Shown: positions 56,470 through 56,984 of the stretch, one piece after another | How positions within the stretch are numbered: position 1 is the stretch's first letter | Layout: every line of letters starts with the position of its first letter | Source of the DNA: a virus | Lineage: Duplodnaviria > Caudoviricetes | Length of the DNA: 56,984 nucleotides | Strand: one strand, 5' to 3' | Virus record (IMG/VR): IMGVR_UViG_3300037692_000675 | Span: 1-56,984 of that record | Notes under the pieces: generated by a model | The model's input: only the letters and a program-made list of their open reading frames with translations | The model's database searches: none | Told to the model about the DNA's origin: nothing | Made by a program: the position numbers and the translations under genes

Positions 56470-56972
56470 GCGGTCTCGATCACCGCCCGCTGCTCCGGCA
56501 GCCGCCGGTTCACGCGCTCGATCTCGCGGTGCAGCCACTCCGCCAGCGCCGGCTGCATCCGCCCCAGCACCTCCGCCGCCGCGCCGTTGCCGTTGTCGTT
56601 CCCCTCTCCGGAGGCCGAAGGCCGAGGGAGAGGGGTAGGGGTGAGGACGCCGTTGGTTTCCGCACCCCGCCCGATCCTCCGCTCCACAATCGTCCCATCA
56701 CTTTGCACTTCCGGCACACACGCCTCCACCACACAGTGCTCATGGTCATACTCGGCCATGAGCCGCAGATCATACGTCCGCCGCACGCGCACCGCGGGCT
56801 CTTGCAGCCCGCCCGTGACCAGTTCATACTCCTCGGCCAGCCCCAGGCTTTCGCGTTCCAGGGCCTCAGCCTCAGTCAGCGCCCTCAGCCTCACCCACGG
56901 CCTGCATTCCCATCCAGGCACTTCCACCGGCGCCTCGATCACGATGCTCCTCTCGACGCCCGGCCCACACAC
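56457..56972 (-). CDS. tail assembly chaperone-like protein of outer element
   Basis: GAGGAG RBS, GTG start, WVRLRALT..WLHREIERVN, slippery site at 3' end; in-frame family A repeat. Confidence 0.65.
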   Translation of the reverse strand: MCGPGVERSIVIEAPVEVPGWECRPWVRLRALTEAEALERESLGLAEEYELVTGGLQEPAVRVRRTYDLRLMAEYDHEHCVVEACVPEVQSDGTIVERRIGRGAETNGVLTPTPLPRPSASGEGNDNGNGAAAEVLGRMQPALAEWLHREIERVNRRLPEQRAVIETAKKG

Positions 56973-56984
56973 CGCCCACTCCTC

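Noticed and set aside
51378-56655. Recurrent palindromic repeats as a possible CRISPR array
   Set aside because: Irregular, dispersed spacing, no constant-length unique spacers and no cas genes.
1-56984. tRNA/rRNA genes, invertase (gin), mom, tail sheath, site-specific integrase
   Set aside because: No recognisable signatures by eye; a covariance-model/HMM search would be needed to exclude divergent examples.

Overview
High-GC window made almost entirely of phage-related DNA. The main element is an apparently complete Mu-like transposable prophage at 5433..49552 (44,120 bp). It has TGT...ACA termini, repeated TTCGCAAA-N5-CGGCAAA end motifs and a perfect 5-bp target duplication (CCCGC). It splits a ~764-aa tail-type gene (49553..51365 + 4946..5427) that belongs to an older, syntenic phage-tail cluster. 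That outer cluster carries a near-identical copy of the prophage's glycosyltransferase next to what looks like a relic left end of a related transposable phage (2435..2484), so the locus looks nested or repeatedly targeted. The prophage is divergently organised around a central repressor. The + arm holds transposase, MuB-like ATPase, a second stand-alone DDE core, Gam, GpA-type terminase, MuF-toxin/immunity, neck and portal genes. The - arm holds protease, head fibre, capsid, tail, lysis genes and a terminal glycosyltransferase/methyltransferase/sulfotransferase module. Several families of palindromic and short tandem repeats are overlaid on all of this. In every copy I checked they have the same + strand polarity regardless of gene direction, and they often lie in frame inside proteins. 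Protein calls rest on motif recognition and synteny by eye, not database searches, and the host taxon cannot be determined here.
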